Of a DNA stretch of 43,747 nt, positions 29,593-38,838 are shown piece by piece (position 1 is the stretch's first letter; the number at the start of each line of letters is the position of its first letter). The DNA comes from Verrucomicrobiota bacterium (GTDB taxonomy: Bacteria; Verrucomicrobiota; Verrucomicrobiia; Limisphaerales; UBA1096), in contig JASLKL010000003.1 in assembly GCA_030747605.1 (NCBI GenBank), forward strand, positions 1 to 43,747, written 5' to 3'. The position numbers and the translations under genes were made by a program. The notes below the pieces were generated by a model. The model had not been told where the DNA came from, did no database searches, and worked only from the letters and a program-made list of their open reading frames with translations.

Positions 29593-32028
29593 TCAGGGGA
29601 TAAAAACAAACTCGTTTGTATTCAGTAAAGCTCGAGCGAACTGGGATAACCCTTCGGACTCAATGAAAAGTGACGCATTCTGCACTTCAGCAGGAGTGGG
29701 GAAACGATTAAAACACAATGAAAAAGCACGGTTCACCTGATCAACCGGATTAGAGCCTACATCTTTTTTCAGGCGATCTGAAAAAAGATCAGCTTGTTGC
29801 ATCAAGAATGTACTATTAAGCAGGTTCAATGCTTGCAGAGGAGTAGTCGATCGGCTCCGCTTGGGCACACTTTGACTCGCATCCGGACAGTCAAAGACTC
29901 CGAATACACTCTCCTGCTCTTGCCGGACCTTGGTCATATAAATCATACGGCGCCAATCGGGAAATCCATATGATTTTTTAGGGAAAAAGTGACGAACATT
30001 TTCCATCTGAACCTGAAAGCCATTGAATCCTGGACCACCAGATTTCAGATTCAAGAGACCGCTCACCATAACAACACTATCGCGAATTGATTCTGCCGCC
30101 AACCGGCGAGTAGGATACCGCCAAAGCAGTCGACTAGTCGCATCAAGTTTCATGGCATCAAGTTTAGGCCGACTACTTTGCTGCCAAGTTTTCGAGTTCA
30201 AAATCAACCGATGGATATGCTTGATGGACCAATCATTTTCCATGAACTCTACAGCCAGCCAATCAAGTAATTGTGGATGAGTTGGACTCATTCCATTCAC
30301 ACCAAAATCACTTGGAGTACCTACTATTCCATCTCCAAAATGAAACTGCCAAAGCCGATTAACCAACACCCGCGCAGTCAAAGGATTATCCGGACTGGCT
30401 ATCCAATCTGCCAAAGCTAAACGACGATGCTGTTCCGGCTCTGAGCTAGTAAGTTCAAGAGATGTAAATGCAGAAATTGCATCAGGAGAAACCTGATCGC
30501 GCTTTGCATCGGGATCGCCACGATAGAGTAAATAGGTAGCCTCTGGCTGCGTAAAACTTCCCGCATAAACCTTATTCTGATTTTGCAATGCTACCAACCG
30601 CTTCTCAATTTCCTCAAGTCTAAGAAGCATTTTCTGTCCTTGTTTTGCCTGATTCTGAGGGAACTTTAAAAATTCATATAGTTCCTTTCCTGTTTTGTTT
30701 TTTTGATAAGACTTGCGATCTGACGAGCTTGCAAGCTGAATCCATTTGCTTGAATCCAACGCCACTTCAATTCGATATTTTACTGCAAGTCGGTCATTAA
30801 ATTGACCTTCACGATCTCTGGCCCACTCAATGCGATCAATTAGTTTCACTTTAGGAAATTCAATCTGCACCCAGCCAGTTGCCCCGGCAGCAATCCAACT
30901 TTTAGAATTTCCATAAAGACCATCATTAATATGCTCCAGCTTGTGAAAGGGATGTACGTAATCCCCTGATGAAGTCGCTATCGCCCCAAGACTCGCCAAA
31001 GCAATATTATCTTTACCTGAAAAAATCTCTAACTCATCAATACACGGCTGAGAAGAATTCGTACGCTCGATATTAAACCGCACAATCTTCGCTTCCTGAG
31101 CCTGAAAATTTTCCACATTATATCGAGAGCTCACCGGCTCTCGAAGCGCTTCTAAAGATTTTGGGATAAACTTGGATAAACTAACTTTAAGCCTTGCGAT
31201 CTCTGCTTTGGATTGTTCAATTTCTCGCTTAATTGTTTCACTTAATTCCAAAGGTCTATCTCCATGCGAAACGCCGGCAAATATTGCTTGCAGAGAGTAG
31301 TAGTCCTTCTGTGAAATAGGATCAAACTTGTGGTCATGGCAACGCGCACAGCCTGTCGTAAGCCCAAGGAATGTCGTGCCTGTTGCGTTAATCATATCGT
31401 CGAGCTCATTCATTCGTTGCATTTTTCCAAGCTTGGGATCCTGCCCCTTAACGATATCATTTGGCCCCGCAACCAAAAACCCAGTGCCAATCCCCTCTCC
31501 CAATGCGTCACCAGCAAGTTGTTCCCGAATGAACTGATCATAAGGCTTATCAAAATTAAGCGAATCGATCACCCAATCCCTATAATGCCATGCGTTTGGA
31601 CGCTCACGATTGGTTTCAAAGCCGGTCGTCTCACCAAAACGAACCAAGTCTAGCCAGTGACTAGCCCAGCGCTCTCCGTAACGTTGACTGGCAAGTACCT
31701 TTTCAACTAAACGAGTAAATGCATCCGGCGCGGAATCATTAATGAATTCCTCAACTTGCTCCGGTGTCGGGGGTAAACCATGCATCACAAGGTATAAACG
31801 ACGCACAAGGGTTAATCGATCTGCAACCTGAGAGTGAATCAAACCATTGGCGCGCAGCTTTTTTTCCACAAGGTCATCAATTGGCTTCAAATCACCAATT
31901 ATTAAAGGCCTTTTCACAGGTCCAAATGCCCAATGGTCCTTAGAATCCGATGCTTGGCACAGTGAAGGCGCACTAAAAACGCCAGCAACAAAAAATATTG
32001 CCAAACCACTATGCCAAAAAGAAATCAC
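29593..32028 (-). CDS. DUF1549/DUF1553 (PSD1) protein with inserted discoidin-like domain
   Basis: HWAF, YGERWASHWLDLVRF, YRDWVI, CARCHDHKFDPI, LADWI...NPLTARV, PTHPQLLDWLA, PLQALNLLN, LLNTNEF; insert NIAL...ATSSG...INDG...W...WVQIEF. Confidence 0.92.
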   Translation of the reverse strand: MISFWHSGLAIFFVAGVFSAPSLCQASDSKDHWAFGPVKRPLIIGDLKPIDDLVEKKLRANGLIHSQVADRLTLVRRLYLVMHGLPPTPEQVEEFINDSAPDAFTRLVEKVLASQRYGERWASHWLDLVRFGETTGFETNRERPNAWHYRDWVIDSLNFDKPYDQFIREQLAGDALGEGIGTGFLVAGPNDIVKGQDPKLGKMQRMNELDDMINATGTTFLGLTTGCARCHDHKFDPISQKDYYSLQAIFAGVSHGDRPLELSETIKREIEQSKAEIARLKVSLSKFIPKSLEALREPVSSRYNVENFQAQEAKIVRFNIERTNSSQPCIDELEIFSGKDNIALASLGAIATSSGDYVHPFHKLEHINDGLYGNSKSWIAAGATGWVQIEFPKVKLIDRIEWARDREGQFNDRLAVKYRIEVALDSSKWIQLASSSDRKSYQKNKTGKELYEFLKFPQNQAKQGQKMLLRLEEIEKRLVALQNQNKVYAGSFTQPEATYLLYRGDPDAKRDQVSPDAISAFTSLELTSSEPEQHRRLALADWIASPDNPLTARVLVNRLWQFHFGDGIVGTPSDFGVNGMSPTHPQLLDWLAVEFMENDWSIKHIHRLILNSKTWQQSSRPKLDAMKLDATSRLLWRYPTRRLAAESIRDSVVMVSGLLNLKSGGPGFNGFQVQMENVRHFFPKKSYGFPDWRRMIYMTKVRQEQESVFGVFDCPDASQSVPKRSRSTTPLQALNLLNSTFLMQQADLFSDRLKKDVGSNPVDQVNRAFSLCFNRFPTPAEVQNASLFIESEGLSQFARALLNTNEFVFIP

Positions 32029-32034
32029 GGCGAG

Positions 32035-32062
32035 AGTCTACGATTCCCGCCGCGCCAATCAA
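32035..32062 (-). promoter_or_regulatory. Putative sigma70 promoter (leaderless geometry)
   Basis: TTGATT (32062-32057), 16 nt, TAGACT (32040-32035), 6 nt, then GTG at 32028. Confidence 0.5.
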
Positions 32063-32105
32063 GCTGTTTGAAAACAACCATCTGCCCTAATTCAAGCAAA
32101 AGAGT

Positions 32106-33752
32106 CTACATAATTTCCTTAAGTAGAATATTCAGCAATTCATCAACGGCAACTCGCCGTTGTTCCATGCTATCTCGTTCTCGAAGCGTTACAGTACCTT
32201 TGTTCTCCTCACCATTCTCACCAATCGTGTCGAAGTCTATCGTCACTCCAAAAGGAGTTCCAACCTCATCTTGCCTGCGGTAACGACGACCAATCGCACC
32301 AGTTTCATCATAAAACACCGTCATATAAGGCTGGAGCATGGCGCGTACTTCCATTGCTTTGGCTACAAGTTCCGGCTTGTTCTTAAGTAATGGAAACACC
32401 CCAACTTTCACAGGCGCTATACGTGGATGAAAACGCATAACTGTTCTCGTCTCAGTTTTACCCTTCTCATTGGTAACTTCCTCCTCCTCAAAAGCATCAC
32501 AAATAAATGCTAGAACCGTCCGATCCGCTCCAGCAGCCGGCTCAATAACATGTGGTACAAACCGTTCTTTAGACTCATCATCATGATATGTTAAATCCTT
32601 ACCACTTCCAGGATACTTTGGTTTTCCATCCTCATCCTTCTCAACAACAAGCTCATCGCCTTCACGAACAAGTTTGCCTTCCATGTGTGAACGCAAATCA
32701 AAATCTCCGCGATGAGCCACCCCCTCAAGTTCCCCATATTCTCCCTCCTCACAAAATGGGAAAGAGTATTCTACATCAGCCGTTCCAACAGAATAATGAG
32801 CCAATTCTGCCTCTTCATGGTCACGAAGAATTAATCTTTCCTCGCTAATGCCTAGATCTACATACCACTTAAAACGACGATCACGCCAAAACTGATACCA
32901 TTCCCGTGACTCACTGGGGTGACAAAAAAACTCCATTTCCATTTGCTCGAATTCCCGAGTTCGGAAAGTAAAGTTTCGCGGCGTGATTTCGTTTCTAAAA
33001 CTCTTTCCCTGCTGAGCAATACCAAAAGGCACTTTAATGCGACTGCTATCAACAACGTTACGGAAATTAACAAACATACCCTGTGCCGTCTCAGGCCTTA
33101 AGAAAGCCTTATTATCCTCATTCTGCATTGCTCCGATGTGAGTTTCAAACATTAGATTAAACTCGCGCGGTTCAGTCAGTGATCCTAATTCCTTAGCATC
33201 TGGAGCAAGGACTAGATCCGTCGCATTAATAGAAGTAAGATCGACAACCTGACCATGCCACTTCAGTTGTTCCACATACTTGGCCTTTAGCTTAAAATAC
33301 TGAAGTGCGCGTTTGGTAATTTCTCCCCTTGCATCACCGTCGGTAATACAGGAGATGAACACCTTTTGATCACCATGCTCAATCCATGCACCTTTGATAT
33401 GATCATAGCGATACCGTCGCTTACTCTCACGACAGTCAACCATCATATCATGAAATAAGTCGTAATGACCGGATGTCTTCCAAACACGTGGATGCATAAT
33501 AATCGAAGATTCTATACCGGTCATTTGGAATGGGCGGGGGGCTCCCTCCGGCTGAATCCTCTCATTATGCGCAGTCACCATATCCGCCCACCAAGCATTT
33601 TTGATATTACGTTTCAACTCAATGCCAAGAGGCCCATAATCCCACAAACCATTTAGTCCTCCGTAAATTTCTGAAGACTGGAATATAAAACCTCGTCGCT
33701 TACACAGCGACACGATCTTCTCCATCCGTTCATTTTTGTTGCTCTCTTCCAT
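32106..33752 (-). CDS. glyQS: Glycine--tRNA ligase, alpha2 (eukaryote/archaeal-type) form
   Basis: LCKRRGFIFQSSEIYGG, DYGPLG, FNLMF, LRPETAQG, FRNEITP, REFEQMEME, IEPAAG, IGRRYRRQDEVGTPF. Confidence 0.97.
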   Translation of the reverse strand: MEESNKNERMEKIVSLCKRRGFIFQSSEIYGGLNGLWDYGPLGIELKRNIKNAWWADMVTAHNERIQPEGAPRPFQMTGIESSIIMHPRVWKTSGHYDLFHDMMVDCRESKRRYRYDHIKGAWIEHGDQKVFISCITDGDARGEITKRALQYFKLKAKYVEQLKWHGQVVDLTSINATDLVLAPDAKELGSLTEPREFNLMFETHIGAMQNEDNKAFLRPETAQGMFVNFRNVVDSSRIKVPFGIAQQGKSFRNEITPRNFTFRTREFEQMEMEFFCHPSESREWYQFWRDRRFKWYVDLGISEERLILRDHEEAELAHYSVGTADVEYSFPFCEEGEYGELEGVAHRGDFDLRSHMEGKLVREGDELVVEKDEDGKPKYPGSGKDLTYHDDESKERFVPHVIEPAAGADRTVLAFICDAFEEEEVTNEKGKTETRTVMRFHPRIAPVKVGVFPLLKNKPELVAKAMEVRAMLQPYMTVFYDETGAIGRRYRRQDEVGTPFGVTIDFDTIGENGEENKGTVTLRERDSMEQRRVAVDELLNILLKEIM

Positions 33753-33766
33753 TTAAAAGGCGCGGC

Positions 33767-33794
33767 ATCTTCGCAGAGGAATAGACTGTGTCAA
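33767..33794 (-). promoter_or_regulatory. Putative promoter for glyQS
   Basis: Perfect TTGACA (33794-33789), 16 nt, weak -10 GAAGAT preceded by TGc, 14 nt before ATG 33752. Confidence 0.4.
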
Positions 33795-33826
33795 GGGAGC
33801 GAAAGCCTGAAAATCTTTTATTTCAA

Positions 33827-33854
33827 TTGAAAAAGCAACAAATGTAAGGACAAT
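33827..33854 (+). promoter_or_regulatory. Putative sigma70 promoter (leaderless geometry)
   Basis: TTGAAA (33827-33832), 16 nt, GACAAT (33849-33854), 6 nt, then GTG at 33861. Confidence 0.45.
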
Positions 33855-33860
33855 CGCTGT

Positions 33861-36230
33861 GTGCTGTTTCGTCCTGGAAGAGTTTTAGCGCTTGTGGCCA
33901 TCTTGGTCTTAATCGGTGTATTTGTGATGCAATTCATCCCAAACAAACAGACTGAAACAAATCCATCCTACAAGGAAACTATACGCAAGGGCGGCCTTGT
34001 TGAAGAACAAGTAATGCAGCAATTTTCTGCCATCGAGGCAAAACATCGTCAGTGGGACTCTAGCGTATGGGCAGATGAATTGATCGCGCGGGATCATGGA
34101 GAATCTGTAATCCAAATTTGGGACAGACTCATTGCTGGAGCGGACCCCTTCGAATTACTAACTGCCATGCCTGTAGACGAACTGCAACTTGGCAAAGCGC
34201 AACTAACTGAAAACTGGGAATCAGGCATCCGTTACACTCCATTAGGGAAGGAAGGACCGTCGTTGTCTAAAGAACAATTCAGTCAAGCACTTAACCGATG
34301 GAAAATCGAAGGCTGGAAGCTGGAACAAAGCGAGTGGCGTCATCGACAATTCATCCCCAAAGCCGAAAGCGGAGCTCGTTCGATTTTTTGGATATCACTC
34401 CATCTAGTTAACACACCTTTAAATAAACGTGGAATACTTCGAGGAGACATTGAAATACAGTGGCAGCCGATCGGGATCACACCAGAAATATTAGCCAAAC
34501 CAAAATATATCAACCTCTCTGGATTAGATTGGATTGAACGCGACGGAACCCCAGCATTTAATTCTGCAAGCATTCAAAAAATTAAGCCTAACGAAGGCAA
34601 CGTCTTCATTGATCCAGTAATACTAACTGACTTCAACGGTGACGGAATGGTTGAGATTATTCTCGGTTGCAAAAATCAAGTTTACCGAAACCATGGCAAT
34701 GGACGTTTTAAACCAGAAAAACTCTGCCCTAAATTTAATGAAGTAGTGTTCAACGTTGTCTTGGAGGATTTATCCGGAGATGGCATTACCGATGTCATTA
34801 CAATCGGCCATAAAGGCATTTATCTCATAGAAGGAAAATTAAATGGAACATTTCCGGGTGAAGCACGACTGATTTGGTCTGCTCCAGAAAAAGTGCTCGA
34901 TCCAATGGTAATTACAACAGGCGACATTGATAACGATGGCGATGCTGACCTATGGTTCTCTCAATACAAACTTCCTTACGTAAAAGGACAAATGCCCGCT
35001 CCAATATATGACAGTAATGACGGGTTTCCTGGCTATCTTCTAATAAACGACGGCAGCGGCAATCTTACCGATCAAACAAAAGCATCTGGACTCGCTGCCA
35101 AACGCCATCGACGTTCTTACAGCGCATCATTTGTCGATCTTGACGACGATCATGATTTAGATCTGGTAGTCATAAGTGATTTTTCAGGGGCTGACCTTTA
35201 CCTAAACAACGGTTCAGGAAATTTCAACGATGTCACTGCAACGTTGATAGATAATCCTTACGGCTTTGGCATGGCTCATAATTTTGGCGACTACGATGCC
35301 AACGGCAAGATAGACCTTATCATGATTGGAATGAACTCATGGACAACAGAACGGTTACGCTCCATGAAACTCAAACCACCTACACACCGTCATTACTATG
35401 ACATGCTTGACGATCTAACTTTTGGAAATCGACTTTACTTCGGTGGTATTGACAAATTTGAACAACGGCCAATGGGTGATAACGCAGCCAACACCGGCTG
35501 GTCGTGGGGTGCAACTTCTTTCGATGCCGATAACGATGGAGACACCGACATCTTTATCGCAAACGGACATAAAAGCCGCAAATCGGTTAAAGACTATGAA
35601 AGGCAATTCTGGTGTCATGACATTTACCATGCCAACTCTAATTCCAATCCAGCAATGGAGGTTTATTTTCAAAGTATCTCAAGTCGATTATATGGAGCGG
35701 GCTATTCTTACGGAGGGTATGAGAAAAATCGGTTATTACTAAACCGTGAAAATAAATATCTAGACGACGTAGCTTTCTTGATGAACGCATCACACGAAAT
35801 CGACTCGCGAAACGTAGTTAGTGGCGATATCGATGGCGATGGACGTCTTGACTTAATTTTCACTCACTTCTCTGTTTGGCCTGAGCCAACAACACAAGGA
35901 CTTTTGATAGCCCGAAACCTTTGGCCAGGAGAAAATAAATGGATAGGTTTTTGTTTAGCTCAAAGCGCAATCTGCCCATCACTAAACGGCACCAAGGTGC
36001 GACTCCGGGCCAATGGACAGGACCAATGGCGATTTATTGTCAACGGGGACTCATATCGATCCCAGCATGCTCCAATCGCACACTTCGGACTTAAGCAAAC
36101 AAAGTCCGTTGAAGAAGTCGAAGTATATTGGCCTGACGGAAAACGCACTAAGCTAAAAAACCCAGCAATTGGGGAATATCATAATATACAACATAGCCAA
36201 TCTCCCGGCCTCACAAATCCGGCCGAATGA
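33861..36230 (+). CDS. CRTAC1 family protein (FG-GAP repeats plus ASPIC/UnbV domain)
   Basis: N-terminal TM helix; repeated D-x-D/N-x-D-G-x-x-D (DFNGDGMVE, DIDNDGDADL, DLDDDHDLDL, DYDANGKIDL, DADNDGDTDI, DIDGDGRLDL), GWSWG, GDSYRSQH...HFGL...VEVYWPDG. Confidence 0.9.
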   Translation: MLFRPGRVLALVAILVLIGVFVMQFIPNKQTETNPSYKETIRKGGLVEEQVMQQFSAIEAKHRQWDSSVWADELIARDHGESVIQIWDRLIAGADPFELLTAMPVDELQLGKAQLTENWESGIRYTPLGKEGPSLSKEQFSQALNRWKIEGWKLEQSEWRHRQFIPKAESGARSIFWISLHLVNTPLNKRGILRGDIEIQWQPIGITPEILAKPKYINLSGLDWIERDGTPAFNSASIQKIKPNEGNVFIDPVILTDFNGDGMVEIILGCKNQVYRNHGNGRFKPEKLCPKFNEVVFNVVLEDLSGDGITDVITIGHKGIYLIEGKLNGTFPGEARLIWSAPEKVLDPMVITTGDIDNDGDADLWFSQYKLPYVKGQMPAPIYDSNDGFPGYLLINDGSGNLTDQTKASGLAAKRHRRSYSASFVDLDDDHDLDLVVISDFSGADLYLNNGSGNFNDVTATLIDNPYGFGMAHNFGDYDANGKIDLIMIGMNSWTTERLRSMKLKPPTHRHYYDMLDDLTFGNRLYFGGIDKFEQRPMGDNAANTGWSWGATSFDADNDGDTDIFIANGHKSRKSVKDYERQFWCHDIYHANSNSNPAMEVYFQSISSRLYGAGYSYGGYEKNRLLLNRENKYLDDVAFLMNASHEIDSRNVVSGDIDGDGRLDLIFTHFSVWPEPTTQGLLIARNLWPGENKWIGFCLAQSAICPSLNGTKVRLRANGQDQWRFIVNGDSYRSQHAPIAHFGLKQTKSVEEVEVYWPDGKRTKLKNPAIGEYHNIQHSQSPGLTNPAE

Positions 36231-37392
36231 ACCACTCTGCTACCAAATCTGCGAATCTAAGACCTTCCCGGGTAAGCCGAAAACTTTCTTCTGATTTCAC
36301 AGCCCAATTGGAATCAACCGAACGTTGCATATCATCCACCCACTCAGTTCGAAGATCATAACCAGTAACATCCATAAAACAATCGAACTCCCAACCAGAA
36401 TTCATGCGCAAACCAAATGCAGCAGTCTCCCCAGCTAGAGCTAAAGGTGAAAGTTGTTCAACCGTCTCGTGAGCACGATGCCCAAGCTCAAGTTGTTGGC
36501 AATATCGCTCAGTATTAGCAATATTGCGAATTCGACGGCCATCTACAAACCCACTTGCACTCGGACCTAACGCTTGGCATTCGCCTCCTCGCCAGTAATT
36601 AACATTATGCCTACAAGCGTAGGAAGGTAATTTAGGAGTGTCAGTTCCTCCATGTTTTGCAAAGTTAGCTACCTCATATTGGACGTATCCAGCTGAAGCA
36701 GCGGTGGCAATAAGCTCATCATACATCTCACATGAGAGCTCTTCTTCTACGTCAAACTCTCCGGCCTGCAATTGCTCAAAAAGCGGAGTATCCTCCTCAT
36801 AAATAACCTCGTAACAGGATAAGTGTTCACTACCAAGAGCAATAGCCTCTTCCATTGTAGCTTTCCAGATTTCCATTGTTTGACCAGGGATAGCAAACAT
36901 CAGATCAAGATTGATATTATCAAATCCTGCATCTCTTAATCGTTTGAATGATTTCATCACCATCTCCCGCGTATGAATCCTCCCTAGACGCAACAAAAGA
37001 TCTTCATCAAGCGACTGAACACCCATTGAGATACGATTGACGCCAAACTGCCGAAAGAGATTGGCTTTCTCTGTAGAAACAGTGGCCGGATTACACTCCA
37101 CGGTCCACTCCTCTGCCCCAAGCAAATCGAGCCGCTCCATCGCATTCATAATGCGCCGCCAATTATCAAGGCTCAGCAGCGAAGGAGTGCCACCACCAAA
37201 GAAAACTGTCTTTGGACTAAAAGAAGTAGCAACCAGTTCCATCTCCCGAATAAGTGCATCGACATATCTGGATATTTGTTCGCCATTAGAAGCTTCAGAG
37301 TAAAAAGCACAGTACTCGCACTTGGTAGCACAAAACGGCACATGCACGTATAGACTTGAATCAGAAGAAGATACTTTGCTAAAGGAATTCAC
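36211..37392 (-). CDS. hemW: Radical SAM heme chaperone HemW (HemN-like)
   Basis: LYVHVPFCATKCEYCAF, FFGGGTPS, NRISMGVQS, NINLDLMF, YEVANF, HNVNYW. Confidence 0.92.
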   Translation of the reverse strand: MNSFSKVSSSDSSLYVHVPFCATKCEYCAFYSEASNGEQISRYVDALIREMELVATSFSPKTVFFGGGTPSLLSLDNWRRIMNAMERLDLLGAEEWTVECNPATVSTEKANLFRQFGVNRISMGVQSLDEDLLLRLGRIHTREMVMKSFKRLRDAGFDNINLDLMFAIPGQTMEIWKATMEEAIALGSEHLSCYEVIYEEDTPLFEQLQAGEFDVEEELSCEMYDELIATAASAGYVQYEVANFAKHGGTDTPKLPSYACRHNVNYWRGGECQALGPSASGFVDGRRIRNIANTERYCQQLELGHRAHETVEQLSPLALAGETAAFGLRMNSGWEFDCFMDVTGYDLRTEWVDDMQRSVDSNWAVKSEESFRLTREGLRFADLVAEWFIRPDL

Positions 37393-37418
37393 GGGAATAA
37401 TGCACCCATGCGAAAAAG

Positions 37419-37805
37419 CTAATCCTTTAACGAGCCCAATTTACACATTAGCCCACCCGTGCCAATAATAGGGACCCCGATGTATGGCAAAGCGGGGACT
37501 TCTTCTGCAGTAGGAAGAAACGTCAAAACCGTTCTCAACTCGGGCCAATACATAATACAAGCTAATCCAAGCAATATTGTGAAAACACCTATTACCAACA
37601 ATACTTTTCTGCCATTGGCTGAAGACATTCCATAAACCAAACCCGCAACATAAACAAAAACGGCAAGCCCTACTGCAACTCCTAAGGCACCTCCAAACCC
37701 CATCTGAAGAAAGGACTCGGCCACAAATCCCTCGCCTACATCAAAAATCATTGATCCGACAAAGACACCACCCGCCAAAAGAATTATGAGAAAGCCCCAA
37801 AGCAT
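37419..37805 (-). CDS. Hypothetical integral membrane protein (about 4 TM helices)
   Basis: Strongly hydrophobic, Gly-rich segments; same strand as and just upstream of hemW. Start uncertain (ATG 37805 or 37913). Confidence 0.55.
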   Translation of the reverse strand: MLWGFLIILLAGGVFVGSMIFDVGEGFVAESFLQMGFGGALGVAVGLAVFVYVAGLVYGMSSANGRKVLLVIGVFTILLGLACIMYWPELRTVLTFLPTAEEVPALPYIGVPIIGTGGLMCKLGSLKD

Positions 37806-37907
37806 TGATAAAACGGCAAAGCCGGCTGAGGAAAGTACTCGGACTGGTCTACTTGGCCAAGAGATTTTTAGCTTAATTTTTTCACAAAAATGGCTTTCTC
37901 TCTCTGA

Positions 37908-38801
37908 ATGCATAACGCAGCAAGAAACGCGCTGTTGGCGGTCGCTCTCATAGTAAACAGTCTAGGAAGCGGTTATGCCGCCAATAAAAAAATCCTCCTA
38001 ATCGCAGGAAAGCCAAGCCACGGCCCAGGAGACCATGAATTTAGAGCTGGCACCTTGCTCCTTCAAAAATGCCTTAATAAGGCACAAAACATACAAGCAG
38101 AAGTACACGATTTCGGTTGGCCTAAAGATGACTCTGCATTTGATGGGATTGATGCAGTTTTAATTTATGCTGATGGCGGAGGCGGTCATCCAGCCATCCA
38201 AAAAAACCGAGCGAAACTAATTGATGGCTTAGCCCATAAGGGTATTGGCATTGGCTGTGCTCACTACGGAGTCGAGGTGCCTAAAGGAGATCCAGGTAAG
38301 CACATGCAAAACTGGATCGGAGGCTATTATGAACACGCCTTTTCTGTAAACCCTATGTGGGCACCGGATTTTAAGACTTTTCCTAAGCATCCAATTACTC
38401 GCGGAGTAAAACCATTTAAGGTAGTTGACGAATGGTACTTTAACATGCGATTCCGCAATGACAACGTGGGGAAAATCACTCCGCTACTAGTCGCAACTCC
38501 AAACGATAAGGTTCGAAATGGCCCCTATGTCTGGCCAAAAGGTCCCTACAAACATATACAAACCAACAAGGGGCGAGCAGAAACTATGATGTGGTCCTAC
38601 GTTCGCGAGAATGGTGGCCGAGGATTCGGATTCACTGGAGGCCATAAGCACACGAACTGGGGAAACAAAAATTTTCGCAAGGCCGTACTAAACGGACTTC
38701 TATGGATCGCCAAGGCCAAGGTGCCAGCAAACGGCGTTAAATCCACCGTCACCACCGAAGAATTAAAGCAAAATCTGGATCCGAAAGGCCAACGCAAATA
38801 G
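37908..38801 (+). CDS. Exported ThuA-like domain protein
   Basis: Signal peptide; ILLIAGKPSHGPGDHE, YADGGGGHP, HPITRGV, DEWYF, GGRGFGFTGGH, LNGLLW. Confidence 0.85.
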   Translation: MHNAARNALLAVALIVNSLGSGYAANKKILLIAGKPSHGPGDHEFRAGTLLLQKCLNKAQNIQAEVHDFGWPKDDSAFDGIDAVLIYADGGGGHPAIQKNRAKLIDGLAHKGIGIGCAHYGVEVPKGDPGKHMQNWIGGYYEHAFSVNPMWAPDFKTFPKHPITRGVKPFKVVDEWYFNMRFRNDNVGKITPLLVATPNDKVRNGPYVWPKGPYKHIQTNKGRAETMMWSYVRENGGRGFGFTGGHKHTNWGNKNFRKAVLNGLLWIAKAKVPANGVKSTVTTEELKQNLDPKGQRK

Positions 38802-38838
38802 CGGCGATTTAACTAAACATAATTCATACAAATACACT

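Noticed and set aside
33753-33860. Possible T-box or glycine riboswitch upstream of glyQS
   Set aside because: The gap is only 108 nt, is shared with a divergent promoter, and has no T-box motif or terminator.
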